A stretch of 64,000 nt of DNA, taken from positions 154,442,001 to 154,506,000 of the forward strand of contig OZ024743.1 of assembly GCA_964016885.1 (NCBI GenBank), given 5' to 3'. The notes beneath the pieces were generated by a model. The model was given only the letters and a program-made list of their open reading frames with translations, did not search any database and was not told the DNA's origin. Origin of the DNA: Eledone cirrhosa (lineage: Eukaryota). Made by a program: the position numbers and the translations under genes. Positions 39,339-52,181 of this stretch are shown in pieces (the stretch's first letter is position 1; the number at the start of each line of letters is the position of its first letter).

Positions 39339-42280
39339 AAACTATTGCACAAGACACTCAAAAACTTTAACCTTAGTATCACCATGGACAAAAACACTAA
39401 AAATGTTAACTTCCTAGACGCCACACTATACCTAGACTCAAAAATATATACACCTTTCCATAAGCCTAACGAAAAACTCATTTACGTAGATACCAAGTCT
39501 AATCACCCTAGATCAATATTAAACTCTATCTCTAAGGGCGTATCCAATAGAATCTCTAATCTATCCTATGACGCAAATATATTTAGCAAAAACTCACATA
39601 TTATAATCAAGCATTAGCTAGATCCGGCCATAATATAGAAATTGAGTTCCTACCTAAGAAAACACTTAGCTACAACATCATCTCGCACAACATGTCCATG
39701 AGGAAACCTAATAATAGGAATAGCAACCACAAGTACACCAAAGCGGAGGGTGCCACCGGAAGTAACCATTACCACGGAAACTACCGTAGTGCCTTAGGAA
39801 GAAACAACACACCAAACACTAAAAACAAAAATAGAAAAAGAAATAATACATTTGTCAACCCTCCTTTCAACCTAAATGTCTCCACCAACATACCTAGGGC
39901 TTTCTTCTCACTACTAGATAAAAACTTCCCTCTAGGACACAAGTACCACAACCTTTTAAACAAAAACACAATTAAAATCTCATACCCTACGACGCCTAAC
40001 TTAGCATACCACATAGCTAGCAGCAATAAAAGTAAAATTAATTCTTACTTCCAACAAACGAAATCACAACAGAATGTAAACCTTCTAAATACCTCTGTAG
40101 CAAGCGACCATAGTAACGGCAGTAACAATAGAAATAACACTAGTATAAGAAATAACACCGGGGTCGACAACCCGAATGTCCAAAATCCTATAGCTACCAC
40201 CCAGACTTCTGCACTGCATTATAACCAGCGGACTAACACACAGGATAATTGTAACTGTAGAGCTAATAGAACCTGCCCTTTAGATAAAAATTCCTAACCA
40301 AGGATATCATATACGCATGCACCGTCACAATAAGCAACTCTTCAGAAACATATGTAGGCTCCACTTCTAACTGCTTCAAAATCAGATATAATTCGCACAT
40401 CCACTCGTTCAAAAACCACAGTCTAGCCAACTCCACCTCACTATCTAGCTACATACACTATCTAAAAACTAAAAATAAACCTTACACACTCAAATGGGAA
40501 GTGATAGGTAGCGCGACTTCGTACAAACCACCTAATAAATTTTGTAACCTCTGTATACTAGAGACCCACAATATTATCTTCTCTAACCGTAACCTACTTA
40601 ACAAAAAAATCTGAAGCACCGCTTCAGACATTCCTTCCAAAACTTTAAGCCCAATACATAGCAATGTCGGACTTGAACCATACACCAACTCTAGCATCAA
40701 TCACCAGGGGCACACCTTATACCGCATACCCAACACTAACTGATCTAATATAACACAAACAGCGACATCCCTCTAGAACCTTTCGCAGGGCGAATACCCA
40801 TTTGTACCTCTACTTTAGGTGTGACAACATCCACCCACTTGAACTGCACTACACCGCTTTATAGGTAATTTAAGCATGAATTGATTGTCTTGTTGGTGTT
40901 GTGCGGAGGAAGTGCCTTCGTTGGACAGATGAAAAACGAATTAATCTAGTAACGCTGTTGAGCAGTGTGATCGGTACGCTGAGTGCAGGGAATGAATGTA
41001 TTGCAACTGGCGTACGGGTTGTACATATATATGTTTCTTTTAGATAGATATCAAGCGATGACCCAGAACTTACCAGAGATCATTGTGTGTTGAAGTGATT
41101 CTGCAATCACCGCGCCTGGTCCTTTGGGTAGACTACAACCACAGAGATCATTAATTTAGAATCCTCGCTCGTCGTCTATAATATTCATTTGTGGCACTCT
41201 ACGTTGGGGGTTAATTCACCATAATAATACGAACACCTTCAGCACAACATAATAGACTACTCTATAGTTAAAACTCTTTAAGCTTTAGTGATTTTTTAGA
41301 AATTGCGCATAACCATAGAAGTTAGGGTCTATTTTGAGACACATCTCAATATTTTGAGACACATTTCAATAGTTAGTAATAGAAACCTCGGAGTTACCTC
41401 CCCTCATGAATTACTCCCCTTAGCCACTCACACACTTCCGGGTAGTATTTCAATGTCGATTCTCGAAACGTAACATCCTCCTGTATTGAACTAAAGAACA
41501 TCTGACTACGATTCTCTAACTGGATTGTCAAACGCTCAATATCGAATTGTCGTAGATTATGTGTGGGGCATATAATCTGAAAAATGCACTCCCCAGACTG
41601 AAAATGTCGAAGTAAATGAAGTCCATATCATCCCTTCGCTGTGCATTTCCAATATTTTAAATATTTTTAATGCTTGCACTATTTTTAATGCTTATATTAT
41701 TTCTCCACAGACAGACTATAACAATCATATAAAGAATTTGCCACCAGATCAACCAACCTAACACTCTTGTTTACCTACTTAAGTGCTTCTATTACACGTA
41801 ACACTCTGCCACACTATATAAACAGGACGCACGTGCTTGCCACACATATAACATTTGCACTATATAACCGCTTATTTTCATGTTGTACTTTAACCTGTAT
41901 TTTTGAGATTGTATCTTTTAATATGAATGTAATCTCTAAGTGTGTACTGCCACTCTAAATGCTGTAATGAATGTTGACCCACAATATTTGCATATGTATC
42001 TGTATGTCTCTTGAGTGAAAAGGAGGTCATATAAGTGTTCACTCATTAATAAATTGCTCCGAAGAATCCAAACCTCGGTTTGGAGGAAACAGTTGTAAGC
42101 ATAAAAATGTTTTGAACAGTTCTTTGATTCTTATATTTCATATAACTGCTCTGTAAATCATATGATCTTTTTACATTGAGCTACTTAACTTACTGGTAAT
42201 AAGGTAGTAATATATTACTGCCTACCACTATTTAGGGTTTGTATAAAAATATATATAACTGCAAAAAGTGTTTGTATTTA
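39339..42280 (+). mobile_element. 5'-truncated Naiad-like PLE, sister of 15665-18990, HHR (U4C core) at 42055-42101
   Basis: ORFs 39345-39617 and 39692-40297 plus frameshifted EN; terminal region homologous to 18690-18990. Confidence 0.92.
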
Positions 42281-42298
42281 CATAAATAGTATAATTAA

Positions 42299-42383
<85 letters not shown>

Positions 42384-42534
42384 GGAACAGAGTCAGCACA
42401 CCCACAGCTGAGCTCCAGCCGTTTCGATAGGTAGATCGGAACTATATATATAGACACACACATATATATATATATATCATGTTATATATAGAAATGGTGT
42501 CTGCAGGACTAAAACTGTTTCATTCAAAGGAAAT

Positions 42535-42617
<83 letters not shown>

Positions 42618-42644
42618 TATATATATATTCTATTGTATAGAAGG

Positions 42645-42695
42645 AGCTTCTACAGGACTAGTACTGTTTCATTCAGATGAAATCTTCAGGAAGCT
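42645..42695 (-). ncRNA. Type I hammerhead ribozyme with full stem III
   Basis: AGCTTC-CTGAAGA-T-TTCA tc TGAA-T-GAA-ACAG tactagtc CTGT-A-GAAGCT; partial copy at ~42500-42536. Confidence 0.85.
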
Positions 42696-43151
42696 GGGTG
42701 TCATATTAAGTTCTGATATTTATACATTTAGGTAGTGGTAAGGGAGAGGTGGTGGCTGGGGGAGGATTTTGGGGGTAGGATGGTATTTAGATACACAGGA
42801 CCACAACATGGCACAGGCCGTTTGACCTTTGGGGAGTGGTCAATTAGCTCTGGGGAGTGCTTTTTTGAAATAAATAAATAAGTAAATAAATAAATAAATG
42901 AATAAATAGATAAATGAGTAAATAAAAAAAAAAAAAATAAAAACCCCAAGAATAGTAATTCATCAGATATATAGTAGGCACATTTTTTTAGGTGGGTTGG
43001 TAATAGAAGAAAAACAAGATCGAATCATGGAACAGACTGAGGTGAGTGGTCAAGTTAACATACAAGCCACAGGTGGCCAGAGTGTTTTTGTAGAATGGAA
43101 AGAATAAAATATAATATATATACATACTCACAACCACATACAAAAACACTT

Positions 43152-43266
<115 letters not shown>

Positions 43267-43748
43267 CATATATATACATATATACACATACATATGCGTG
43301 TGCGTGTATATATTCATACATATATATATATATATATATAAACAAGGTTTAGCAAATAATGAAAACGTTTCAAAATAAATTAGAGGTAAGTAAAGATAGA
43401 GGCAGAAGGAGGTAGGTCAAACCAGCCGCAGCTATCACTAGCAGCGCTGGGAGCGACCAAATTTGTTCTCAACTTAGAGGAGACAATACATGCGTACCTT
43501 AGCGCCTTGTGCGTGAAAGAACACATATCCTATTATTACTACCTCCTCTAAGTTGAGAACAAATTTGGTCGCTCCGACTGCCGCTAGTGATAGCTGCGGC
43601 TGGTTTGACCTACCTCCTTCTGCCTCTATCTTTACTTCGGCCCTTGATAAACCTGTTTCTACATCATCCACTCTCATCCCAGGAACAGTTTTGATAGCGC
43701 TAGTTCATAATGTAAATTCAGGAATTTTATATTCTTCGAATGAAAAGA

Positions 43749-43831
43749 ACCTTCTGACGAGAATCTTTCATTGCAACGAAGGCCGTATGGTCTCCGTTTA
43801 TTTTTGGGATTCGAAACCGATCGGTAAAGGT
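43749..43831 (+). ncRNA. Hammerhead ribozyme with extended stem II (family C, unit 1)
   Basis: ACCTT-CTGACGA-GAATC...AACGAAGGCC gtat GGTCTCCGTT...GATTC-GAAA-CCGATCGG-TA-AAGGT. Confidence 0.88.
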
Positions 43832-44227
43832 AACTATAGTAGGTAAAGTCAATTTTTAAAAATTTATTTTGAAACTTTTTCATTATTTGCTAAACCTTGT
43901 TTATATTTGTTCTGGCACGTTAATTTATTAACCTGCCATTGAACCACACTGGCATTTGGTTGGACAATACATGCATACCTTAGCGCCTTGTGCGTGAAGG
44001 AACACATCCTATTATTACTACCTCCTCTAAGTTGAGAACAAATTTGGTCGTTCCAACTGCTGCTAGTGATAGCTGTGGCTGGTTTGACCTACCTCCTTCT
44101 GCCTCTATCTTTACTTCGGCCCTTGATAAACCTGTTTCTACATCATCCACTCTCATCCCAGGAACAGTTTTGATAGCGCTAGTTCGTAATTTAAATTCAG
44201 GAATTTTATATTCTTCGAATGAAAAGA

Positions 44228-44310
44228 ACCTTCTGACGAGAATCTTTCTTTGCAACGGAGGCCGTATGGTCTCCGTTTATTTTTGGGATTCGAAACCGAT
44301 CGGTAAAGGT
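44228..44310 (+). ncRNA. Hammerhead ribozyme with extended stem II (family C, unit 2)
   Basis: As unit 1, with inner hairpin AACGGAGGCC/GGTCTCCGTT. Confidence 0.9.
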
Positions 44311-44697
44311 AACTATAGTAGGTAAAGTCAATTTTTTTAAATTTATTTTGAAACTTTTTCATTATTTGCTAAACCTTGTTTATATTTGTTCTGGCTCGTT
44401 AATTTATTAACCTGCCATTGAACCACACTGGCATTTGGTTGGACAATACATGCGTACCTTAGCGCCTTGTGCGTGAAGGAACACATATCCTATTATATAT
44501 ATATATATGTACATATATATATACACATATACATGTATGTATGTCTCTCGGTATAAACTATACTATACATACACATACATACATACGCACACACACACAA
44601 ACATACACATACATACACACACACACAAGCACATACATACACGCATATATACATATATACATATACACCCATACACACACATACATACATATATTAT

Positions 44698-44741
<44 letters not shown>

Positions 44742-44849
44742 AGCACACACGCATACATACACATACATACATACAAATAAGTACACATAAACGCATATGC
44801 ACACACTCGCACTCGTTCGCACACATACATGTGTCTATAATATAATGGA

Positions 44850-47436
44850 AAAGGTAGTGGGACAAATTTTAAATTTTAAACTAGGCCTGATAGAGGATTA
44901 AAATAATTAATATCACTACTAAGTTATTAATATTATCATCATGTAATTAATTACTATTTATTATTTACTATTTACCATTCACTATTCGTTACCTATCTTT
45001 TATCTTTTATCTATTAATTACCTAATCATTCACTCATTAATTAATAAATAAATAAATGAATGAGTTAACTAACAAACAAACAAACAAACAAACAGATACA
45101 CAAATAAACAAGTAATTAAATAAATAAATAAATAAATAAATAGAAAATAAATAAATATGTAAATACAGTAACTAAATAAATAAATAAATAAATAAATAAA
45201 TATACAGATAAATAGATAAATAAATCACGAACGTGTGGGTGCAGCAGTTCATAACTGCACGTATGCAAACATGAGCAGGTATATACGTGAATTTGTGTGT
45301 GCGGCCACGGAACTTTTCTCAGAGGCATACAACACAATATATAAGACCTGGAAGGGAGGAAAGAAAGTAATAATGAGAGATAGAGGGGAGGAAAGAAGGT
45401 AATAATGAGAGATGGAGGGACGGAATTGGGATGGGGAACAGGGGTGGGGTGGTGACATGGGGGGGTCAGTCGGGGGGCCGGGGGGGGTCTGTAGTTTTTG
45501 TAATTTGCATAGTTCTTGTGCATGCAATTAGGGGAGTGTTCCGAGATCTTGTTGAGGAGAGGGCCTTTGGCGAATAGAATCTCATAGCTCTCGGAGATAC
45601 AGAGGTCACAGCAATTATGGCCTCCCGTGTAGGATCGCGCCCCCTTGAGTAGTCTCCATTGGGTCTTGAAGGGGGTGGAGTTCCTTTTACGGTGCCAGAT
45701 GTGGGCGGCGAGTGTAGTTTGGTTAGATTTGTCTGGGCGCCGGAACGAATGTGTGTGGGCGTACCAGCGAGTCTTAAAACTGTTAGAAGTTATCCCGATG
45801 TACGAGTTTCTTTTTTAATCGGGGCGTACATCGAGTACAACGCATATATAGACGAGATCTTTTTTTAGACAGTTGTTGTTGAGAGGGCAGGTAGTCCAAT
45901 CAGGGCAATTGCAATTGCCATCGGTTGCTGGATCGGCTTCGGAAAGAGTAGACTTATTTAGCTTCTTTATGTTATTGTTGGCTAAGTTCCGAGCTAGATT
46001 AGGTGTGGTAGAGTAAGAGAGTATAATGGTATTCTTATTAAGGATTGTATAGTACCTATGTTGGGTGGGGAAGTGTTTTTGTAAGAGAGTGAAGAACATT
46101 TTAGTTACAGGTGTTGAAACTTCGCGGTTGAAGGGGCAGTTGTACCAGCTAATGTGCCTTCGCCTATTCTTCCTGGGTGGGCGTGGGGCTATACTAAGGT
46201 AGGTGATCTTATCTCTAAAGCCGCTGCGGGCCAGGGCCTCGTTGTAATAGGGGGCTGCTGCTCTAAAGATATCTTCATTGGCGGCGAGGCTAGATATCCT
46301 AATGGAGACACTTTTCACTAGGTTGTCTAATATATTTTCGGGGTGGTTAGTATTACCGTCTATATATCTAAGGGATTCATTAGGTTTGTGGTACGGGTAG
46401 TAAAGGGAAGTTTCTAAGTCGAGGGTAACGTCTAGGAAGTTAGCTTTAGTTAAGTTCGAATCTAAGGTAATCCTAAGGCCTAAGTTTTTAAAGAAGGTGT
46501 AAAGGTTTTTCCTGAACCCATCCGTGGTCCTCGGGTTGATTTTGTGGAGGGCAAAGAGGCTGTCATCTCGGTAGAGACCGCCGGAGAGGCCTGTGAAGAG
46601 GGTCTTCAACCTGTGGAGGATGAACAGACCCACAAGGTCACTAATTTCAGCTGAGTCGCTAGCACCCATGCTAACGTGGAAGGGGGTCTCAGGTTTTTGT
46701 TGATCCAGTGGGATCTGTCATGGTAAAGAAAAGTCTTACGTGCATGGAGGATCACATCCTGCTCGGCTTCGGTGATTGTGGTTAAGTTCCTGGCGAAGTT
46801 AATCGCGTCAATCAGCAGGCTCTCTGATATGGAGGCGTAGTAATCCTCGATGTCTAGCTGCAGGAAGCGGGTGTTGCTTTTGTCGGGCAAGTCCCGGAAC
46901 CATGTGATTGCCTCTGATGTCCTACTCCAGAGTGGGAGGGGTGAAGCAGCACGTAGTCTAGGTAGAATCCTGTCCAGGATCTTCTTACTGACGGATCCTA
47001 TGTCAGACTTGGTCGGGTTAATCAGCCGGACCGACGGTTTATTGTCGAAGTTGTTCTTGTCGTCTTTCAGGGTGAAGTGTGGGGACTTTACCCTCAGAGG
47101 TTCTGTCCGGTCTTCCAGTTTAAGGGAAGTGGCGATCTTCTTTCCGACTATGTTCGTTTCAGTCAAAGTAGTGTCATCAACTTTTTTGTACTTTGCTGTG
47201 ATGGCATTATCAGCTAGCCTGTTGTAGGTGTCGGGAATAACCGCATAAGTGTTTTTAGTTTTGTCTGAAGGGACGTGGATGTACGGGGAACTTTTCATTT
47301 TCAGATGTTTCTCCTTTAAGTCCGTTTGGAAAGATATGTTGACTTTCCTGAATTTAATATTTTTGATCGTTTGAAAGAGGTCTTCTTCAAATGGTTCAAG
47401 TAGGCTGTTGGTGGGTGGAGTCTTATTAGATTTAAA

Positions 47437-47440
<4 letters not shown>
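44850..47440 (-). mobile_element. Naiad-like PLE (more GC-rich subfamily), 5'-truncated, decayed
   Basis: ORFs 46606-47298 and 45815-46669 (SDKT, LDIEDYY, MGASDS, YRDD, CNC..CPL..C). EN continues in frame past TAA 45815 (YIGIT..FKTRW..H, CDLC, CMH). (TA)n at the 5' end. Confidence 0.92.
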
Positions 47441-47504
<64 letters not shown>

Positions 47505-48103
47505 TTGGAAATTAGTAAAATCAAATCTCTGACGGTTTGCAAGTAAATTCGGCCTACTTATATGAAATGATGAGTTAGCAAAGCACTTGATAAGTTAGGG
47601 CCTTAGAGTAATAACATTCGTTTAAATAGCTTGACAAATCGATCATTGTGGTAGACGAATCTAACACACAATATATACCAAAGTAACGATAAAACCCAAA
47701 GGTTAAGAAAAATACACATGGACAAATCAAAAGATCAATCGTTCAAAGTGTTTCTTTAAATTCGAAATCAAATATCAGACTTACGGGACTGGCAAGCTCG
47801 TGGTATTCATGATCGAACGGAGGATTCAGTTTTTCAACAGGCTTTTCGTTCTACCTAGAACCGAAATTATAAGCTATATGTTGCTGCTACATGCGGCATA
47901 TCGTGTCTATAGCTGTCACGTGTTATTCCGACAAGGGAAATAAACCCCGGTTATTGACGGGTCATTCAAAATGTTAGACAAAGGAAATATTTTAATTTCC
48001 GCTAATCATCATGTTAAGCACTCAACTAGATGTTATAAAAGAAACACAAATAACTAACCAATCAACCGAATTGTATAATTACATTAATTAGTTTATTAAT
48101 GCT

Positions 48104-48148
<45 letters not shown>

Positions 48149-48178
48149 ACACACACACACACATACACACATACACAT

Positions 48179-48224
<46 letters not shown>

Positions 48225-50687
48225 GTGTGTGTGAATATGTGTGTGTATATATGTGAGTGTGTGTGTGTGTATGTGTCTGTGTCCTGTGTGTGTGTGTGTC
48301 TGTGTGTGTTTGTGTATGTGTGATCAATGTAATACATGGAATGCCTTGAAATTGTGGATCCTATTCGGCATTTGTCGCACTGATTAAAATATAAAATCGT
48401 ATTATTTTTGCGCATCTTCTCTAATTAATTAATAGTCATATAAACAAAGTACTCTGAATATCAATGAACATTGTAGATGGCTTAACACCCAAGTTAATAG
48501 GTTTATGTCTTCCCTAAAATACTTTCAAATCTTCCTTTAGTTAACTGTATTTTCCATGTTCCATGATAAATAAAATCTTACTTACTAAATTATTCATTGG
48601 AGAAGAGCTGATGCTATGTGGACACATCATCTGAAATAATCCTTGTCCTACATCTACATTTGATTCTAAGCCGGAACACATCCTTTTGATGATGGTGAAA
48701 CAAATCCCTCCGAAAAAAGTTTGGGAAAACCATTAATACCAGAATCTCCGATGTCCATTCGAATACCTTTCATTTCTTTTCAGCGATTCCTTGTTTACTG
48801 TTTAGGTATACGCTAAGGAAGATTACCCTTCCACTTAAACCTTACATATTTGATTGAGCTAGTGCTTATAAAGCAATTAATGTCATCAATAACCGATTAT
48901 GAGGTATTTGTTAAATGGGGTATCATAAACGAACTTCTTACAGTCAACAATTGATATTTTAAAATATTTATTTGCATTATTCCTGTTTACTCACAAGTAT
49001 CCCAAGGCTATCATAAAATGATAAAATGACTAGTTATTAAAACCATAAAAAACGATATACAAATTCTACTATCGTAGGAAACTGGCAGATTTATCATCTA
49101 CATCCCAATGACGTTCTATTATAATGTAATAAAGGGAAGAGCGTGGGATTATGTCCTGAATATATTTCTTTTATGCCGTTAGTAAAATAAGTTGGATTAC
49201 TTTGAATAAATATTGAATGAATATTACATAATTTATATACTACATTTCGTAACTCTTGATTAAATATAAATAATATTATTTCTTATTTTAAGAAACACTT
49301 CTTTTAAAATGTTCAAATGTCAATATTTCCGGTTATGATATGATGGACGCCTTTATATAATGGACGCCAATATTTCCGGTTATGATATATGAACCTTATA
49401 CAAATGTTCATATACTTGTATCATTATATAAGGTTTATATTTCCGTCGCTTAATTTCTCCAAATTCGTTTTCATAAACTTTTGCCGTAATGCAGTTTATA
49501 TATAATATCATCTTTTTTTAAATGTATCATCGATTAATTTACTGATTACATAAGAGAGTGTAACACAGTCCTTCTTCATTTTGTGTGCATATTACAATGA
49601 TTAAAAAACAGGAGAGTGGCAGTGACAAACGACCCGGAAACTGTCTAATATTTGGTGAGAAAAATATCGTTAATGTTACAAGTTCATAGGAAAGGGATAA
49701 AAGTCGACGGACCGGATTAAACACATGTAATGTGAAGGGTTGGGAAGAGAGAAAGTTTGCTTATTGAGTAGGTCATGTATGTGTTTAATTAAAATATCTT
49801 CCTTTCGCATCAATTTTAATTGTGTCGCAAATACTTTAGGCACAATGCATTAGATCCAACTTTACAAATATCTGCATACCATTTGTAACAAACGACGGGA
49901 AAAGAGAGTCACTGTTTAGCTTTAGATGCGTCTTGAATAAACAGACTTTTGATCAAAATGGATAATGTGAAGTACCAGTTCAATGCAAAGTTGTTAATGC
50001 AACGGGTAAGAGGTTTTGCGGCATTTGGTCCAGCGTTCTGCATATTGGTATCCCGGATGGCAGGGTTAATTCACATTCCACTATGCTGCAATATGTCCGA
50101 ATAGGTGACCGATGGGAGGATAATTTACTCCCATCTTCCATCAGCTTGAAAAGCCACAGTAACAAGTGCTGCTTTATCCTCGTTGGTTGAACGATGAAAA
50201 AGTCTATGTAGTGTATCTAATTTGTTCATGTTATATGACAGGAGAAACAACGTTGAGTGTGATTTGGCTCAAGATTTTGGCTCTCCCATTCTCTTTACTG
50301 TTTGTAAAATTAAGAGAATAAACGGAGATATTAAACATTGAACCTACACGTGTTGTAGCGAAAATACAAGAGTTATATTAATATTACGAATAATACTTCA
50401 TTTATTACTTCAAGAGAACCTCATTGCCAAAACATCCTTAAATAAAACATTGTTTATGATTATAGGTCATTAACATCTAGCCTCTAGTGTGTACAAGAAT
50501 AAACACCTAAACTTAGTATATACACATGTACGTGAAATAGGTCATTAAATATTAAGGTGTTACGCCAGAGAGATGACAATGATAATTATATTCTTTTAAC
50601 ACGTAGACCGCCTATCACTACCAGTCAGATTCCGGTTGTACCACGTGTAAGAATGTTCTCACGCAAAATATGAATATCTAATAATCT

Positions 50688-51060
50688 AATGATGTTTATA
50701 ACAATGACAATGATCTCGATGATGATGATAATGATGATGATGACGATGATAAAACGGTTGAAAATGGTTATGGGTGATGATGATGATAATTATTTTAATG
50801 ACCATAAAGGTAATTAAGTTTCTACTGCAGATATCAAACTTGACGTTGATGATCATGATGGTGGTAATTATGATGATGATGATGATGATGATGGTGATGG
50901 TGATGGTGATGGTCATGATGGTGATGATGACGGCGACCACTATAATGACGACGATGATCATGATCATCATAATTATGCTCATGAGGATCAACATAGTATT
51001 AGTTATCGTTATGATATGGATAGTGATTCAGAGATTGATGATCTCAATGATGATTTCCTT
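50688..51060. repeat. Degenerate (GAT/ATG)n trinucleotide microsatellite
   Basis: Runs of GATGATGAT and GATGGT. Confidence 0.9.
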
Positions 51061-51897
51061 GTAGTTAGGATGACGGTAGATGTGTCAAAACAGATTGATG
51101 ATATCAAAGATCGCTGACTATAAATACACAATCTTTATCCTCCTACGCTTTCTCTGCATCTCCCCTTTCATCAAAGTCATTGCTGTTGAAGTTAAGATTA
51201 AGAAAAATAGCACCTTTACAGTGTTGATTATATTTACATTTTAAGAACAACCATGTATGTCTGTGCATCTGTGTGCATATATATGCTTGCGTTTGGGGAT
51301 GTATGACCATGTATATGTGTGGGCGTTCGTGGCATATATGTCTGTGTTTATTCGCATGATTAAGTGTAAGTAGAAAAGAAATGGATGAGTGAATAAGGTT
51401 TTGAAACACCTGCTTATGAAATGAGGGTTAAACATCTGCTGCTGGCATTTTCGCTTTTCATATCATAATTTATATAGCATTGTTTCAGTTCAGGAAGCAA
51501 CCATGAACGAAATAACAAATTAACTGGTGAAAGGTCAATATAAATAACTGATCACCCATTCATATCTGCCTTTCATCGTGAATTTTGTGGCGTTTGACCT
51601 TATTTATCTCATTACTTTGTAAGATCAATGTTGCGCTAGCTGTGTATGTATGTATGCATGTTTTCTGGTTTTATAATTTCACAAAATTTTACCAATAGAG
51701 AGAGAGAGAGAGAGAGTCGGTATCTAACATAGACACCAGACTCTCTCATTGGAATTTACACAACATCAACTAGGTACATATGTATGTATGCATGCATGTG
51801 TAGATATGGATGTTATTGTAGGTGTGGATGTGTATGTTTTGAGTTGTATGTGTGCATGTGTATATGCTTTGCATCTGTATATGTGTATATGCAGTTA

Positions 51898-52180
51898 TTA
51901 GATGCAACATTTTTTGAAAGTTTTACATATTTGTACTGTTCCATTAATGGATTGTACTTGTAATTTCCTAACTAGTTGTGTTCTTTCTGTTCCTGTGAAG
52001 CCTAGCTTCTCAAGATTTGTATTGAGGCATTTACTAATATATCCAACTGCCCAAATAATCACAGGCATACATCTGAAGGTGTAATCAGGGTGGAGTATCT
52101 GCAGATTTCTCATCAGATCTGCATAAATATCTCCTTTTCACTAACCTATTATATTATATTGGCATCTGCTGGGCAGCTAA
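51898..52180 (-). mobile_element. 3' fragment of a diverged R4/Dong-like element (RLE C-terminus)
   Basis: MRNLQILHPDYTF..PVII.A.GYI...ICKTFK aligns with the C-terminus of the adjacent elements; followed by TATG-rich sequence. Confidence 0.75.
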
Positions 52181-52181
52181 T

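Larger units (their letters stand above)
43338..44492 (+). repeat. ~2.1 x 479-bp HHR-containing tandem repeat with inverted 5' fragments (retrozyme-like family C)
   Basis: GACAATACATGC at ~43482, 43963 and 44442; 43338-43481 is reverse-complement unit sequence. Confidence 0.9.

Noticed and set aside
43474-44362. Short ORFs on both strands of the 479-bp repeat
   Set aside because: No recognisable domain; open frames occur on both strands and repeat only because the unit is duplicated; the HHR explains the unit better.
49880-50215. Possible decayed pogo/Tigger transposase fragment (VTVAFQADGR on the minus strand) or host exon
   Set aside because: Only one short motif, followed by stops, with no TIRs or clear splice context; needs tBLASTx.
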